The notes: generated by a model not told the origin, from the letters alone. A stretch of DNA of 64,000 bases from Terriglobia bacterium (GCA_963748015.1 CAVVHE010000009.1:256001-320000); one strand, 5' to 3'. Shown: positions 28,537-40,227, counted from the first letter of the stretch. A program made the numbers and translations.

Positions 28537-29238
28537 CTACTTCCGGTGACAGGTCAGGCAGAGCTGGCTGCCGGTGTTGGTCTTGGTGAGGAACGGCACG
28601 TTCGAGTTGTCGTGGGGGTCGTGGCAGCTCGCGCACTGGACCTTGCCCGCGAAGAGCGGCACGGTGTGGGCGGCGTCCACGTACGACGTCGAGACCGGCG
28701 TGACGAGCCCTCCGTCGGCGGTCGCGAGCGCGGCGCTGAACGTGAAGTTCACCGGGTGGTCGTTCGAGAGGCTGCTTCCCATGTTCGATCCGCGACTCGC
28801 GGAGATCCGGCCCGAGGCGTCGAGCTCGTGACCCGAGCCCATGGTCGGGTTCGCTCCGATGTCGTTCGAGGGATTGCCCAGGCTGTTGACCCCGACGGTC
28901 CCGTCGTGGCAGCTCATGCAGAGGAGCGACACGTCCGAGCCGCCGCCGATGTCCGCGATGTCCGAGGCGTTGAGGGTCGGGGAGGCGTACACCCCGTAGC
29001 TCGCGACCGTGGAGCGCGTGTGGTTCCAGAGAGGCGCGGCCGTCGTCGCCTGGTGAGGCGTGTGGCAGAACACGCACACCTGGTCCTCGTTGGTGGAGCG
29101 GTCGACGATCTGGCTGGCGCCCGCCGTGGAAGAGAGATTGTGCTTCGTGTCGGCCACGCTCGTCTGCGCGAGGACGGGCGAGGCCAGGGCGATCGCCGCG
29201 AGTAGAAGAGACGCGGCCTTGACAGCTCGACGGATCAT
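28537..29238 (-). CDS. Tetraheme cytochrome c, OmcE (nanowire subunit)-like
   Basis: 233 aa with signal peptide. TKHNLSS, QVCVFCHTPH, PLWNH, SLLCMSCHDG, LSNDHPVNF, CASCHDPHDN..PFL, GSQLCLTCH match the layout I recall for Geobacter OmcE. Confidence 0.8.
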   Translation of the reverse strand: MIRRAVKAASLLLAAIALASPVLAQTSVADTKHNLSSTAGASQIVDRSTNEDQVCVFCHTPHQATTAAPLWNHTRSTVASYGVYASPTLNASDIADIGGGSDVSLLCMSCHDGTVGVNSLGNPSNDIGANPTMGSGHELDASGRISASRGSNMGSSLSNDHPVNFTFSAALATADGGLVTPVSTSYVDAAHTVPLFAGKVQCASCHDPHDNSNVPFLTKTNTGSQLCLTCHRK

Positions 29239-29262
29239 GGGTCGTCCTCCTGGGTTTGAGGT

Positions 29263-30322
29263 CTAGTTCTTCAAGTACTGGAAAACCTGGACCCTGTGGT
29301 TCAGCTGATCCACCACGAAGATCCGGTCCTTGCCGTCGATGTGAATGCCCGCGGGCATCCAAAAGGTGCCCGGCCCGGTGCCCACGGCACCGACGTCGAG
29401 GAGCAGCTGCCCGCTCCTGTCGAAGATCTGGAAATTGTTGAACGCGGCGTCCACGACGTAGACGTGCCCCTCGCTGTCCACCGCGATCCCCTTCGGCCGC
29501 TGCAAGCTCCCCGGCCCGTCCCCCGCCTGCCCGAACACGGAGAGCGGCTTGCCTTCGGGATCGAGGACCTGGATCCGGAAGTTCCCGGTGTCCACGACGT
29601 AGACGTTTCCCTTCGGCGTCGAGGGCGAGGTTCGTCGGGAAGTTGAACTGCCCCTGCGCGGGCCCGCGCGAGCCCCAGCGCGCGAGGAACTGGCCTTCGG
29701 TGGAGTAGACGAGGATCTGGTGGAGGTGGCTGTCGGTGACGTAGAGCCGGTGCCTCTTCCGGTCGATCGCCAGTCCCGTGGGGTTCTTCATCCCCTGGTC
29801 GCGGCCGAGGGCGAGGAGCACGTTGCCGTCTCCGTCGAAGCAGAACACCTCGTTCAAGTCGGCGTCGGCGACGAAGACCCGCTCCTTCTCGTCGAGGGCG
29901 AGTCCGATGGGTGTCGAGAGGCGGACGCGCCCCGTCGTGGCGAACGGACGGACCTGGCGGGCGCGCGGATCGAACACGAAGACGGCGCCCTGGTTGGTGT
30001 CGGAGACGTAAATGCGCCCGGCGGAGTCGGTCGCGACGCCGTACGGCTTTCGCAGGGAGATGCCGGGGTCGGTCTCCGGCCCCAGCAGGGCCCTCCGCCA
30101 CGTGCTCTTCTTGCGGAAGTCCGTCGCGCCGTAGAAGGACTCGAGGTAGCGGATCCTCGGAGGATCCGGAGGAAGCGGCCAGACCAGTTGCGAGTCCTGC
30201 GCCGTCTTGTCGGTCTTCGTCGGCCGGGCGAAGGCGGAGCCGGCGAGCGCGGCGGCGAGCAGGGCGGACGCGACGGCGGCTGCGGCGAACATCCCACGCG
30301 CGCTTCGCGACAGGCTCTTCAT
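29263..30322 (-). CDS. Secreted NHL-repeat protein, split by a one-base frameshift near 29606-29612
   Basis: WPLPPDPPRI and NHL repeats. Removing one base from GGGAAA restores DAEGNVYVVDTGN. Confidence 0.85.
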
Positions 30323-30354
30323 GGCGGCTCCTCGGTGGCGGACGATCGGCGCGG

Positions 30355-32103
30355 TCACGGACGGTGGTCCTGATCGGGGGCCGGCCCCGGCGGCGTCGAC
30401 TGCACCGAGGCCCGCGCCTCGGTCGCCTGGATCACGGGAGCCTCACCGGCGGGCGCCTGGGGCTTGGAAGGCGGCGCCGCCTGATCCTCGCGGCGCACGA
30501 GGTACGGCATGAGGGGCGTGACCTCGAACGGCATCTTCTCCCGCGGGGAGAGGAGGACGACCTGGTTCCCCTTCATGAGCTCGATCCGGCCGGTCCACGG
30601 GTCCACCTTCACGCGCCCTCCGAGCGGCAGCGCCGCGGTCTGGTTGAGCGCCGTCATGTACAGCTCCGGCGCCGACTCCAGGACCTTCGCCATGCGGTAC
30701 AGCTTGTCCTTCTCCGCGAGGCGGTTGCCGAAGTGGGGCCGGATGAGGGCGGGCAGCGCCTTCGCCCTGAGCGAGAGCGCCTTCAGGAACAGCCCGGCGT
30801 TGCTCAGCTTGTCCTTGTAGGGAGAGTTCTCGAGGAGCATGATCGCCTTCCCGTCGGCCTCGTACTCCTCGCCGGGATCGCGCTTCAGGAAGAACCGCTC
30901 CATCGCCTCCTTGTCCCCGACGAGCATGCGGTCGCTGAACGCGTACTTGGTGTCGAGTTGGTGGCCGGCCAGGATGTGCCCGAGCTCGTGGGCCAGCACC
31001 ATCGCCAGGCTCGCCTCGTCGGGAAGGACGTCGATGAGCCCGCGGCTCAGCACGATCGTGTGGCCGACCGTGAACGACTCGAGCGGGGAGGTCATCAGCA
31101 CGCGGCAGCGCGGCCGCGGGTCGATGTCGAGGGAGTTGGTCACCTCGAGGTTCGTGACGACGGTCTCGAGGACCTTGTCCACCTCGCCCTCCGGTGCGAG
31201 GAGGCCGCCCTTCTCGAGACGTTGGAGCACGTTCTCCTCCGCCTCGCGCTCCCAGGCCCTGAGACTTCCGACCGGAGAGAGGTCGCCGGGACCCCCGGTC
31301 TTGTCGCTCGCGAGAGCGCTTTCGACCTGGACCTTCGTGAACTCCTCCTCGCCGGTCCTGCGCTTCAGCTCGTACCCCCAGATGCGCGTCATGCCCTTGA
31401 ACTTCCTGAGCAGCAGCTGGTCCTTGGGCCGGAACTCCGACTCCTCGGTGTACACGTAGGCGGGGAACCACACCCCAGGCCCCATCTGGATCCTCCAGCT
31501 GTCGAAGTGGAGGCTCTGCTTCACGGCGCCGGTGTAGGTCCCGTTGTAGCGGACGACGTTGAAATCGCGGTCCTCGACCCAGATCCGGCCGATGAAGCTC
31601 CCGGGCCGCGCGCTCTCCTTGGGGGCCACCTCGAACACGAGCGTTCGCACCTCGCCGAGGAACTCGCGGCGGACGAACTCGAAGTCGTAATGCTCGCGAT
31701 CGAACGATCCCGCGTCGAGCACGATCATGCGGGCGAAGCCGTCCGGCTTGAAGTTGTGGGCGTAGAAGTCCTTGAACAGGTCGAGGAGCTTGCGCCCCGC
31801 CTCGACGCCGGCCTGGCCGGGCGCTCCGCCCGTTCCTCGCGACGGCTCGAGCTTGCCGAGGAAATAGTCGTCCTTCATCGGGATGGTGCCGAGCTGGCGG
31901 TCGGGCTCGAGCGTCTGGATGTAGGTCTCGACCAGCGGGTGGTACTTCTCGAGGCTCGTGGCGAGCGCGCTCTCCCGCGCGACGATCGACGCGACCGCCT
32001 GCTCGAACGGGGACGTCCCCTCGGCCCGCGCCACGCGCGCGCCGCAGGCGGCGGCGAGCGCCGCGACGAGCGCCATTCTCCGACCGGCTCGAGAGATTTC
32101 CAC
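30355..32103 (-). CDS. Secreted protein with a C-terminal M48-like zinc peptidase domain
   Basis: SRGLIDVLPDEASLAMVLAHELGH..EYEAD. Signal peptide. Confidence 0.8.
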   Translation of the reverse strand: MEISRAGRRMALVAALAAACGARVARAEGTSPFEQAVASIVARESALATSLEKYHPLVETYIQTLEPDRQLGTIPMKDDYFLGKLEPSRGTGGAPGQAGVEAGRKLLDLFKDFYAHNFKPDGFARMIVLDAGSFDREHYDFEFVRREFLGEVRTLVFEVAPKESARPGSFIGRIWVEDRDFNVVRYNGTYTGAVKQSLHFDSWRIQMGPGVWFPAYVYTEESEFRPKDQLLLRKFKGMTRIWGYELKRRTGEEEFTKVQVESALASDKTGGPGDLSPVGSLRAWEREAEENVLQRLEKGGLLAPEGEVDKVLETVVTNLEVTNSLDIDPRPRCRVLMTSPLESFTVGHTIVLSRGLIDVLPDEASLAMVLAHELGHILAGHQLDTKYAFSDRMLVGDKEAMERFFLKRDPGEEYEADGKAIMLLENSPYKDKLSNAGLFLKALSLRAKALPALIRPHFGNRLAEKDKLYRMAKVLESAPELYMTALNQTAALPLGGRVKVDPWTGRIELMKGNQVVLLSPREKMPFEVTPLMPYLVRREDQAAPPSKPQAPAGEAPVIQATEARASVQSTPPGPAPDQDHRP

Positions 32104-32121
32104 GGTGCTTCTCCTCCCGGA

Positions 32122-33283
32122 TCAGTACGCCAGCTGAAAGACCACCCTCAGGGTGGCCGTGTGATCGACCGGCACGCCTTCCCTCGTGGCGGGCCGGAAC
32201 GAGATCTTTCCGGCGGCCTCGATCGCCGCTTCGTCCAGCCCGTGGCCGAGCCCCTGCACGACGCGAAGCACGCGCAGGGCCCCCGCGGCGCCGAAGAGCA
32301 CCTCGAGGACGACATCGCCTTCGACCCGGAGGCGGCGTCCCTCCTCGGTGTAGGCAGGCTTCGGCTTCGAGAGGATCTCGACGGGCTGGTCGGGGACTAG
32401 AGCCTCCACCCGCCGCGGCCGCGGCGCGGCGGCGACGGGAACGGAATCTCCGAAGCCCGCGGGGCGGGTTTCGGAGCCGCCCGGCCGGACGCTTGCCGAA
32501 GCCGCGCGCGCGGCCGGCGACGCCGTCGAATCCCGCGCGCACGACGGTCCCTTCCTGGCCCGCGCCGCGTCCGGAGCGTCCGCCCGCCGCAGGCCCCGAC
32601 TCCGCGTCGAACGCTCCAACGCTCGCGCCGGCCAGGAGCGGAACGCCCCTCCCGCCGCGAGCCGAGGCATCCATGAGCGAGTCGAAGGCGCCCGGCCTCA
32701 TTTCCCGTTCCGGGGTGTCGGAGGGCTCCCTCGCCGGAGCCTGCGCGTCGAAGGCGCCGGTGCGGACGACGGGCTTCGGGAGCTCCGGAGCCTCGATCTT
32801 CTCGGGAGGCGCTTCGGGAACCCGCTCCACCACGGGCTCGGGACGCGGCGGCGCGGGGACCGCCTCTCGCGTCTCCGGCCGGCTCGGCGCGGGGGGCGGG
32901 GGCGGGGGCAAGCGGAGCACGGCTTCGCTCGGAGCGATGCGCGGCGATTCCTTCACGTGCCGATCCGCGCTCGGGAGCCGCGGTGCCTCCGCGGCGCGCG
33001 GCCGGTAGAAGTCGATGACGATGCGCTCGGGCAGGGGAGGGGCGGCACCCGCCGCGTAGAGGCCGATCCCGGCGAGCGAGGCCACGACCAGCGCGTGGAC
33101 GGCCAGGCTCGCCGCCATCCTCCGGCCTCCGAGGCGCTCCTCGCCGAGGATGGGTGCGCGGAATTCGAACCGCCTCGCGACGTGGCGGCGCGGCGCGACG
33201 AGAACCCGCGGTGCAGCGGGCGGGAGCTCCGCGGTCACCGCGATTCCGTTCTTGTCGGTCGGCGACTGCAATTCCGTAATCAA
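32122..33283 (-). CDS. TonB-family energy transducer, frameshifted near 32490-32520
   Basis: TM SLAVHALV and Pro-rich linker in one frame. TonB_C (KPKPAYTEE..EGDVVL..GLDEAAIEA..FRPA) in another frame. Confidence 0.8.
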
Positions 33284-33384
33284 CTGCGACCCTCCGGGAA
33301 GCGCGTGCCCGGATGCAAAAGACCCGAATGCCTGCCCGCTGGAGTGAGTTCCGAGGTGTCTGCCGATGCGGACGCGCTAAAAAC

Positions 33385-33400
33385 TGCAAAAGAGAGGCCA
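33385..33400 (-). promoter_or_regulatory. Sigma54 promoter for the tonB to cytochrome operon
   Basis: Minus strand reads TGGCCT-CTCTT-TTGCA. Confidence 0.65.
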
Positions 33401-33765
33401 GTAGTCGTTTGAAGCCGCGTGGCGGGCCGGGATCGAGGGGCGAGCGCGTCGGGGAAACCTGCGTTCCGGGACAGGAGCCCGCGGGAGAGGTCCAGCGGTC
33501 TCAGTGAGTTGTGTGCGCGCGTCGCAAAGTGTAACGGCGGCCGGCGAGGCGGGTCACGGGTCACACCGAGGCGTTTCGCAACGCTCGTCACGAGGCTTCG
33601 CAGTCCGCATATGCGTCGATTGCGAGGGGCGAGCGATTGGAACTAGGTCTGCACTTACGAGTCGAGATTCTTACCCAGTCACCTCGCGGGACACCCGGAT
33701 TCCGAGGTGCCTTACGAGCAGCAAGGTGGCGCAGCGCAACGAAAATCTGACTATTCCCGTCCTAA

Positions 33766-33780
33766 TGGCACCTTTCTTGC
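33766..33780 (+). promoter_or_regulatory. Sigma54 promoter for the cytochrome b / 20-heme operon
   Basis: TGGCAC-CTTTC-TTGC. Confidence 0.75.
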
Positions 33781-33854
33781 CAAGCAAGAGGTGCCCCCTC
33801 GCTCCTGGAGTTCTCCACCGTTGACATCCGGGGGGTAGACGGAAGGAGATCGAG

Positions 33855-34859
33855 GTGGCTGAAGTTCCGTCCGCCGCGCCGGAGGTCATCCTCCGGTTCC
33901 GCAGGTCCGAGCGGCTGCTTCACTGGGCGATCGCGGCCCCGTTCACGGTCTGCTATCTCACGGCCGTCGTCCTGCTCGTGATCTACAACCCGAACCCGCG
34001 CCTCCCGTACCGGTCGCTGTTTTCGTGGACGCACCGCATCTCGGGCGTCTGCCTGATCGCGTTCCCCGCGCTCGTCGCGCTCACGCACATTCGCGACGCG
34101 CGCGTCTACCTCGACAACGTGAGGCGCGCCTGGGCGTGGTCGCTTGCCGACGTGAAGTGGCTCGCCCTCACGGGGCCGGCGACGCTCAACAAGCGAATCT
34201 CGCTCCCCGACCAGGGGAAGTTCAACGCGGGCGAGAAGCTGAATTTCATGGCGCTTACCGCCACCTATCCCCTCTACATCGTCACCGGGATCCTGATCTG
34301 GATGCCCGGGATCGCGTTCGCGTCGTGGATCCTGCACGTTTCGATGGCCGCCGTCGCCACCCCGCTCGTCCTCGGGCACGTCTTCATGGCGACCGTCAAT
34401 CCCGACACGCGGCCGGGGCTCTCCGGGATGTTCTCGGGGTACGTGAGCCGGAAGTGGGCGGAGCACCACTATGCGCTCTGGTACCGCGAGCTCTACGGCC
34501 ACGAGGTCCGTCCGGCGCCGAAGGAGAGGAAGGATCGCGCTCCGCTACGCCCGCCGGTCGAGATTCGTTGCCCGTCGTGCGGGACGGTGAGCGGGCTGGT
34601 CTCCACCGCGTCCCTGGTCGAGGGGATCTTCGAGGAGGCTTCCCTCACGTGCCGGCAGTGCGGCACGGCGCCGGAGAGCATTTCGGCCGTGATCGAGGAC
34701 GGCGATCTGGACTTGGTCCTGGCTCGCCTCGCGCGGGGACGCGGCGGGACCTCCGTGGCGTGGCTGGCGGCCGGCGTGGACGACGACGATCTCGCCGCGC
34801 CGTCGGTTACCCCCGAGGGGACGTTCGACGTTCCGCAAGCGACGGGTGTGCCCGCGTGA
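33855..34859 (+). CDS. Cytochrome b (FdnI/FDH-gamma-like) with a C-terminal CxxC..CxxC Zn-ribbon
   Basis: ERLLHW, WTHR, QGKFNAGEK, ILH..LGHVFMA, WAEHHYALW. CPSC and CRQC. Confidence 0.85.
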   Translation: MAEVPSAAPEVILRFRRSERLLHWAIAAPFTVCYLTAVVLLVIYNPNPRLPYRSLFSWTHRISGVCLIAFPALVALTHIRDARVYLDNVRRAWAWSLADVKWLALTGPATLNKRISLPDQGKFNAGEKLNFMALTATYPLYIVTGILIWMPGIAFASWILHVSMAAVATPLVLGHVFMATVNPDTRPGLSGMFSGYVSRKWAEHHYALWYRELYGHEVRPAPKERKDRAPLRPPVEIRCPSCGTVSGLVSTASLVEGIFEEASLTCRQCGTAPESISAVIEDGDLDLVLARLARGRGGTSVAWLAAGVDDDDLAAPSVTPEGTFDVPQATGVPA

Positions 34860-36643
34860 GACGAGGGCCGCAATGGTTTCGCCTCGCGCTTCGCATCGCC
34901 GCCGCGGCGGCGGTCTGGGCCGTTTTCCCCGCGGTCCCGGCGGGAGTCTCGCCGGGACCGCTCGCTCGCGCGCACGAGAAGCTCGACGGCGTGACCCAGT
35001 GCACGAGCTGCCACCGTCCCGGGGGGAGCTCGATGCGCGAGGACTGCCTGGCCTGCCACCGCGAGATCTCCTGGCTGGCGGCGCAGGGGCGCGGGCTCCA
35101 TGCCCGTGAGCGGCGGCGCGAGTGCGCCGAGTGCCACGCCGAGCACTCGGGGCGCGATGCCTCCCTGATTCGCTTCGAGGAGGGGACGCAGGAGCGCTTC
35201 GACCACGCCAGGACGGGCTGGCCCGTCGAGGGCAAGCACGCGAAGGCCAAGTGCCGCGATTGCCACAAGCCCGCTCTCCAGCGCTCGGAAGCGATCCGTA
35301 TCTCGAAGCGCGAGGACCGCGCGGAGAGCTTCCTCGGGCTCGAGCGCGAGTGCGCCTCCTGCCACGAGGACAAGCACCGGAACTCTCCGGGAAAAGCGTG
35401 CGCGCGCTGTCACGCCCCCGAAGGTTGGAAGCCCGCGCTCGCCTTCGACCACGGGAAGACCCGCTATCCGCTCACCGGAAGCCACGGCCGCGTCGCGTGC
35501 TTCAAGTGCCATCGCGAGCCGGGCGCCGCGATTCCCGTAGCGCTCGGCGCGACGGCGGTCCCGCTGTTCGGCCCCGTGTCCCACGACGACTGCGCCGCAT
35601 GCCACGCGGACCCGCACGCGGGACGCCTCGACGGCCTCTGCGCCCGCTGCCACAACACGGACGGATTCCGCCGCGTGGATCGCAAGGCGTTCGACCACGA
35701 GCGCACGCGCTACCCGCTCCGGGGCCGGCACGCCACCGTGGACTGCGCGCGCTGCCACGATCCGCAGGCCGCTCCTGGCGCGAAGCCGCAGTTCGCCGCC
35801 TGCGCTTCCTGTCACCGGGATCCGCACGGCGGCAAGGCGACGCTCGCGGGGGCGAAGGCGGACTGCGCCGCTTGCCACGCCGTGGACGGCTTCCGGCCGT
35901 CCACGTTCACCGTGGCGCGGCACGAGGCGTCCGCGTTCCCGCTGCTGGGCCGGCACGCCCAGGCGAAGTGCGAGGGGTGCCACACGAAAGACCCCGCGAG
36001 GAACGCCGAGGCGAGCCGGCTTCTCGACGCCGGCGTGCTCCTGCGGCCGCCCCGCGACCGCTGCGGCTCGTGCCACGCGGACCCGCACGGGGGACAGCTC
36101 GCGAGCCGCGCCGACCGGGGAGAGTGCGGCGCCTGCCACCGGACGGAAGGGTGGAAGCCCAGCACCTTCACCGCCAAGGAGCACGCGAGTCTCCGCGTGG
36201 ATCTCTCGGGGAAGCACGCCACCCTGCAGTGCGCCGCCTGCCACGCTCCCGACAGGAAGGGGCTGCCGCCCCCGATGCCGGCGGAGGCGATGGGCACGGC
36301 CAAGGTCGCGCTGGCCCTCGGAGCGGCTGCCTGCGCGTCGTGCCACGCGAGCCCGCACGGCACCCAGTTCGCGTCCCGGGGCGACGGCGGAGCCTGCGGC
36401 GGCTGCCACGACAGCTACGCGTTCCGTCCCGCCAGCCGGTTCAGCCACAACCGGGACACGCGCTTCCCTCTCCTCCGCTCGCACGCGAGCGTGGCCTGCG
36501 CGCGGTGCCACGTGCAGAAGCCCGACGGGAACGGGAAGCTCCTCGCGGTCTACCGGCCGCTCTCGAGCGCCTGCAAGGACTGCCACCTGGCGCTGAAGGT
36601 GGTGCCTCGCTCCGAGGGCTCCGTGGCCCAGCTCGGTTCGTAA
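34856..36643 (+). CDS. Periplasmic 20-heme cytochrome c built from repeated triheme units
   Basis: 20 CxxCH motifs, repeated FDH..(Y/F)PLxGxH. GTGA overlap with the upstream gene. Confidence 0.92.
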   Translation: MRRGPQWFRLALRIAAAAAVWAVFPAVPAGVSPGPLARAHEKLDGVTQCTSCHRPGGSSMREDCLACHREISWLAAQGRGLHARERRRECAECHAEHSGRDASLIRFEEGTQERFDHARTGWPVEGKHAKAKCRDCHKPALQRSEAIRISKREDRAESFLGLERECASCHEDKHRNSPGKACARCHAPEGWKPALAFDHGKTRYPLTGSHGRVACFKCHREPGAAIPVALGATAVPLFGPVSHDDCAACHADPHAGRLDGLCARCHNTDGFRRVDRKAFDHERTRYPLRGRHATVDCARCHDPQAAPGAKPQFAACASCHRDPHGGKATLAGAKADCAACHAVDGFRPSTFTVARHEASAFPLLGRHAQAKCEGCHTKDPARNAEASRLLDAGVLLRPPRDRCGSCHADPHGGQLASRADRGECGACHRTEGWKPSTFTAKEHASLRVDLSGKHATLQCAACHAPDRKGLPPPMPAEAMGTAKVALALGAAACASCHASPHGTQFASRGDGGACGGCHDSYAFRPASRFSHNRDTRFPLLRSHASVACARCHVQKPDGNGKLLAVYRPLSSACKDCHLALKVVPRSEGSVAQLGS

Positions 36644-36676
36644 AACCGCACCCGGCTTCAATTTCCGAGCCTCGCT

Positions 36677-36765
36677 GCGGCTGCCTCGCCCCGAGGCGGG
36701 ACCGTCCTCGCCAGCCCGAAAAAGGGCTGTCTACGGACAGCCCCGCCTCGGGGCGAGGCAGCCGC
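36677..36765. repeat. 24-bp perfect inverted repeat enclosing alternative hairpins
   Basis: 36677-36700 is the reverse complement of 36742-36765. Confidence 0.8.
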
Positions 36766-36869
36766 GGGGTGCTGCGAGGTTGAAGTCAGGAGCGGATTTC
36801 CGAGTCGGGTCCAGGTTAAGATAGGCGAATCATGGCTTCGTTTCGCATGCACCAAGGAGGGACCGCGAG

Positions 36870-38837
36870 ATGATCGTCGGCGTCGTCGGCTCGGGCTCCA
36901 TCGGCCCTGACCTCGCGTACGGGTTCGTCACCGCGCTGGCGGGGGTCGAGGGGGGGAAGGTCTACCTCCTCGACATCAAGCAGGAGGCCCTCGACGCGGG
37001 CCTGAAGCGGATCCGGGGGTACGTCGAGAAGGGGGTCTCGCGGGGCAAGCTGAGCCCGAAGGCCGCCAAGGCGATCGAGGCGGCGCTGGTGCCGACGCGC
37101 GAGATGCGGGACCTCGCGGGCTGCGACTACGTCCTCGAGGCCGCGACCGAGGATCTCGCGATCAAGCAGGTGATCCTGAAGAGCCTCGAGGAGATCGTTC
37201 GCGAGGACTGCCTCATCGGCTTCGCCACGTCGGGGATCCCCCGCGCGCGGATCGCCGCCGGGGCGCGCCATCCCGGGCGCTGCTTCGTGAACCACCCGTT
37301 CTACCCGGCGTGGAGGGCGCTGCCCATCGAGGTGGTCCTCTCCGGCGACGAGGCCTTCGGCACCCGGATGATCGGGACGCTCAAGGCGCTCGGCAAGGTG
37401 CCGATCGTCACCGCCGACGTGCCGTGCTTCGCGGCCGACGACATCTTCTGCAACTACTGCGGCGAGGCGGCTCGGATCGCGGAGGAAGGGTTCGCGACAC
37501 CGGCGCAGGTGGACAAGGTCGTCAACGACGCGATCGGGGGCGGCGGCCCCTTCCTCGTCATGGACCTGACTCGCGGCAATCTCCTTAACGTGCATTGCAT
37601 GGAGCTGATGCGCGAGGATCCCAAGGGTGGCGAATGGTTCGCGCCCCCGCCGATCTTCGCGAAGCAGGGGCTGACGCCGTGGCACGATCGGAACAAGCCG
37701 GGAGATCCTAGTATCGACCCCGCGCGAGCGAAGGAAGTGCTCGACCGGATCCTGGCGGTGCTCCTCGGCCGGACGCTCGCCGTGGCGGACGACAGCACCT
37801 GCGACCCGCGGGAGCTGAACTGGCTGACGAAGAACGCGCTGGGCTTCCGCGCGGGCCTGCTCGACCTCGCCCAAGGGCTCGGCGCGGATCGCGTGCACGA
37901 CCTCTGCGCTGCCTACGCCGAGAGGCACGAGGGCTTCCCGGTCCCGCCGAGCGTCGCCGCGAGGAAGCTCCCGTCCTTCCTGGGAAACGTCTCGGTCACC
38001 CGCGACGGGGAGATCGCGGTGGTCGCGGTCTGCCGCCCCGAGGTGAAGAACGCCCTCGACGGGAGGACCATGACCGAGCTGCGCGACGTCTTCGCCGGGC
38101 TCGCCGCGGACGGCGCCGTTCGCGGCGTCGTGCTCACGAGCTTCGACGGCGCGCTCGCGGGGGCGGACATCACGGAGCTCGCGGTCCTCAAGACCCCGGA
38201 GGAAGCGCGGCTCAAGAGCATCGGCGGCCACGCGGTCCTCGCGGTGATCGAGGGGATGAAGAAGCCGGTCGTGGCGGCGGTGGACGGCCCCGTGCTCGGC
38301 GGTGGGGCCGAGCTGTCGATGGCCTGCCACGCCCGCGTCGTCGGGCCGAAGCTGATGCTCGGGCAGCCGGAGGTGAATCTCGGAATCATTCCTGGATACG
38401 GCGGAACCCAGCGGCTGCCGCGGCTGATCGGCGTCGAGCGGGCGCTCGACCTGCTCCGCTCCGGCCGGCCCGTGGGAGCGGCCGAGGCGTGCGCGTGGGG
38501 CTGGGCGGAGGGGAAACCCGAGCCGGACGTCGTCGGCGCGGCGAAGGATCTGGTTCGCCGGCACCTCGCGGGGAAGAAGAAGCTCGCGCCCGTGAGCCCG
38601 GCACCGCTCCCCGTCCCGGAGAAGCTCCCCGCGCTCGACCTCGGCCACCACTCCCTGGTCACCGACACCATACTCGTGAGCGTCGTGCGCGAGGGGCTCG
38701 CGAAGCCGCTCGCTCAGGGGCTCGAGGTCGAGGCGGCGGGGTTCGCTCGCTGCAAGCAGACGGTCGACTACGACATCGGCATGAAGAACTTCATCCAGAA
38801 CGGCCCAAGGGTTCCGGCGGTCTTCCTGAACGAGTAG
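36870..38837 (+). CDS. 3-hydroxyacyl-CoA dehydrogenase / enoyl-CoA hydratase fusion
   Basis: GSGSIG, EAATEDLAIK, then GADI, LGGGAEL, QPEVNLGIIPGYGGTQRL. Confidence 0.92.
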   Translation: MIVGVVGSGSIGPDLAYGFVTALAGVEGGKVYLLDIKQEALDAGLKRIRGYVEKGVSRGKLSPKAAKAIEAALVPTREMRDLAGCDYVLEAATEDLAIKQVILKSLEEIVREDCLIGFATSGIPRARIAAGARHPGRCFVNHPFYPAWRALPIEVVLSGDEAFGTRMIGTLKALGKVPIVTADVPCFAADDIFCNYCGEAARIAEEGFATPAQVDKVVNDAIGGGGPFLVMDLTRGNLLNVHCMELMREDPKGGEWFAPPPIFAKQGLTPWHDRNKPGDPSIDPARAKEVLDRILAVLLGRTLAVADDSTCDPRELNWLTKNALGFRAGLLDLAQGLGADRVHDLCAAYAERHEGFPVPPSVAARKLPSFLGNVSVTRDGEIAVVAVCRPEVKNALDGRTMTELRDVFAGLAADGAVRGVVLTSFDGALAGADITELAVLKTPEEARLKSIGGHAVLAVIEGMKKPVVAAVDGPVLGGGAELSMACHARVVGPKLMLGQPEVNLGIIPGYGGTQRLPRLIGVERALDLLRSGRPVGAAEACAWGWAEGKPEPDVVGAAKDLVRRHLAGKKKLAPVSPAPLPVPEKLPALDLGHHSLVTDTILVSVVREGLAKPLAQGLEVEAAGFARCKQTVDYDIGMKNFIQNGPRVPAVFLNE

Positions 38838-38847
38838 CGGGGGAAAC

Positions 38848-40130
<1,283 letters not shown>

Positions 40131-40227
40131 CCCGGGGTTTCAGGGGAATTGGAACCCCGCCAGGAGAACCCGATTCCTCGCGCTTCGGATCGCGCCCTCA
40201 GGGGTTGGGGCGTAACCGCAGGACCGG

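Noticed and set aside
36833..36848. TGGCTTCGTTTCGCA as a sigma54 promoter
   Set aside because: GG to GC spacing is one base short of the strict requirement.
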